Assembly: GCF_000400465.1 (NCBI RefSeq)
Contig: NW_008806280.1
Span: 330,001-362,000, forward strand
Origin: Wallemia ichthyophaga EXF-994
Lineage: Eukaryota; Fungi; Basidiomycota
Length of the DNA stretch: 32,000 nt
Direction of reading: 5' to 3'
Positions 29,856-32,000 of the stretch are shown piece after piece. Within the stretch, counting starts at the first letter, position 1. Each line of letters opens with the position of its first letter. The notes below the pieces were generated by a model, which was given only the letters and a program-made list of their open reading frames with translations, had not been told where the DNA came from and did no database searches. The position numbers were made by a program, and so were the translations under genes.

Positions 29856-30472
29856 TTATTCTTGCTGCTCCTGTAAAACGAATACAGCGTCAGTGTCCTC
29901 GTAAAGTCCAATGGCATTGCCATCGCCCTCGTTTTGAGACTGAGGGGTGAGTGGCCCTTCACCAAAGTCTGCGTCATCAGGTCTACCGAGGAATTCGACT
30001 TCCATGCTTTCTGTGTTGAGCTTCCAGAACTGAAGCATCTGGCTGGAGTTGTCTGCGGTCATGCTCTCCATCAAATAGACGTTCTGTCCCAGAGAGACGC
30101 CAGGTGATTGGACGGTCATGGACTCTTGAGTCTCACTGTTAACAAGGTGACCTAGAAGATGTCAGAGATTATCAAATTTACGAACACATACCACCCACCG
30201 AACTTTTCATTGTCGTCGTTATCGTTGTCGTATTCCATATATTGAGAGTTCACGGGTAGGAAGTTGACTGTGATAGGATCTTGCCCAGTGGTGAGAACGC
30301 CGTTGTTGAGGCCAATTGGGATTGAAGTGTCGTCACTGGTGACCAAATTCATCGTCATGTTTGATGCGACGGCATCTTGGATTTCAATTGAGCCGACTTC
30401 TTGCTGCCTCTTGACGGCAGCGGCAGCGGCGATGGCTGTAACAGAGGCAATCGAGGAAAGTGAGAAGTACAT
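29856..30472 (-). CDS. Small secreted acidic Cys-free protein, paralog 3
   Basis: Signal peptide, VKR site, phase-1 intron 30152-30198 at the same position and GPLTPQSQNEGD. Confidence 0.9.
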
Positions 30473-30513
30473 TGTGTAGTTGATGGTTGTTTACAAACAA
30501 GATAATAGGCTCA

Positions 30514-30520
30514 ATTTATA
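30514..30520 (-). promoter_or_regulatory. TATA box of secreted paralog 3
   Basis: Minus strand CTATAAATTGAGCC, 41 nt upstream of ATG 30472. Confidence 0.7.
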
Positions 30521-30764
30521 GGGCCAGCTTGGCATAATCACCCAGGTCAAACTCCCTTGGAAGTAGTCCGCTTACGATCATTCATTTCATGTTTATCTTC
30601 CCGTATAGTAAGCTAATTTATAAATATTAGCCACAGCCACAATCCCACGCCGCTCATAAGATCTGCCAAGAGTGTTTCAAGATCCCAAATAAATGAAAAA
30701 GAAGTGAGGCAATGCAAAATTCAGAATTTAATAAATGCTACACAATGAACTCCAACGACGTTAT

Positions 30765-31586
30765 TCAATCAGACTTTTTCAGCCACTGTGCAAAAGTCAA
30801 CAAACCCGGAAATTCTTCGCGCAGAGCAGGAATATTAGCTTTGTAACCATCCGATCTGAACCAGTAGAACATTTTAGAAAAGTCATTTGACAGCAGAGAT
30901 GGCGTGAAGCTAGGTAAATAAGCCTTCCAAGCTGGAGCGCCGTGTGCTGTATTATAAGCGTTCTGTATATCCGAGATAGACAACTCCTCTCCCGCCAGAG
31001 GAATAGATCTACCATTGTAGCGCTCCGGATGTTTGAGAGCGGTAGCTGCTACCCTACCTATATCGTCTACAGCGACAAGTTGAATTTTCTTGTCCAGAAT
31101 AGCCGCACTGAAAAGACCAATGGTGAGGAATGATTGCAGACCAGACTTCTTTGGGAAGTTGTCCATAAATGCTACTGGCTTGACTATTGTGTGGGGCAAA
31201 TTTGAATCTCTTATCATCTGCTCCACTTCGGCTTTGCTTTCGAAGTGTGGAACGTTGCTGCCTTTTGCGCTATCGACGCTCGTATAAACGACACGAATAT
31301 TGCGCTTCTTGGCCGCATCGATGAAGGCCTTCCCTTGGATGACTTCGTCGCTAGGTCCATTAGGGGCCATTGTAGTGACGAGGAAAGCAGCTTTGCAGCC
31401 TTCCATGGCATTGTATATTGTAAGACTATCCGTCAGGTCACCTTTGGCTATGTCGACACCCTCACCTTCCAGCTTCTTGGCTGCTTCTGAGGCTGGGTTC
31501 CTCACGAGAGCTCTCGTCTTCTCTCCTTTCAAGTGCTGGATAGTTGCATTTCCTTGCTGTCCAGTTGCGCCAGTGATTAAGTACAT
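30765..31586 (-). CDS. NmrA/HSCARG-like NAD(P)-binding atypical SDR
   Basis: LITGATGQQG Rossmann motif, ALVRNP, VVYTSV, VPHFESKAEVE, KPVAFMDNF and VAVDDIGRVAA. Confidence 0.92.
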   Translation of the reverse strand: MYLITGATGQQGNATIQHLKGEKTRALVRNPASEAAKKLEGEGVDIAKGDLTDSLTIYNAMEGCKAAFLVTTMAPNGPSDEVIQGKAFIDAAKKRNIRVVYTSVDSAKGSNVPHFESKAEVEQMIRDSNLPHTIVKPVAFMDNFPKKSGLQSFLTIGLFSAAILDKKIQLVAVDDIGRVAATALKHPERYNGRSIPLAGEELSISDIQNAYNTAHGAPAWKAYLPSFTPSLLSNDFSKMFYWFRSDGYKANIPALREEFPGLLTFAQWLKKSD

Positions 31587-32000
31587 TCTTGTATTTACTG
31601 ATAGTGTGAACTGGAAAGTGATGTGCGGGGGTGGTTACCGAACTCGGAATTCGATATTCGGCGCAAACAGCGCATCCATAGCGCTAAGTTATTCTGACTT
31701 GCACACACACAAACACCAACCCATAACAAGTACTGACTGGGAGATGTTTGCGTAAACTCTCACGGTGAATTGATCAAATTGGTCAATCATTCTGACTATT
31801 CAGGTCAAAATTCAGGTCATAAAATGAATACAAGAAAAGAATAGGCAGAATCAGCAAACTAAAACTTAGCTTGAGCAAGTCATTGATGGGATAGTCTTGT
31901 TGATTTGCCTAAATGATGCAACTATTACGATCTACTCGTTAGTGTAGACATCGCGATCACCCTCCCAAGATTGATCGAAGCCAGGTTTTTCATAACTCCA

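Noticed and set aside
1-32000. Transposon, CRISPR array or rRNA
   Set aside because: No transposase/RT/integrase motifs, terminal repeats, spaced repeat arrays or rRNA-like sequence seen; the context is eukaryotic.

Overview
Very gene-dense fungal chromosome segment. Spliced introns are mostly 43-56 nt (GT..AG with CTRAY-like branch points) and intergenic gaps go down to about zero. The style suggests a compact basidiomycete such as Wallemia (inference, not verified). After manual splicing I find 21 protein-coding genes and one intron-containing tRNA-Arg(CCG)-like gene. The left two-thirds carry housekeeping genes: Atg17-like, SGF11, GST, DUF2458-like, POL32, an alpha/beta hydrolase, PRPP synthetase, DCP2, mito uL10, CSN3, a HAD/NIF phosphatase, GCV1, ATG12, a fungal CSL factor and DBP6. 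The right third has three paralogous acidic, Cys-free secreted-protein genes, SIS1, an NmrA-like gene and a 4-exon RNase III gene. The most notable find is the RNase III gene. Two upstream exons not recognisable in the ORF track encode a second, catalytically dead RNase III-like domain, joined by a long charged linker to an intact RNase III + dsRBD. Also notable: three head-to-head gene pairs with essentially no promoter space (16 nt, 24 nt and overlapping ATGs). No transposon, CRISPR array or rRNA was seen. All family calls are from remembered motifs; no database search was run.
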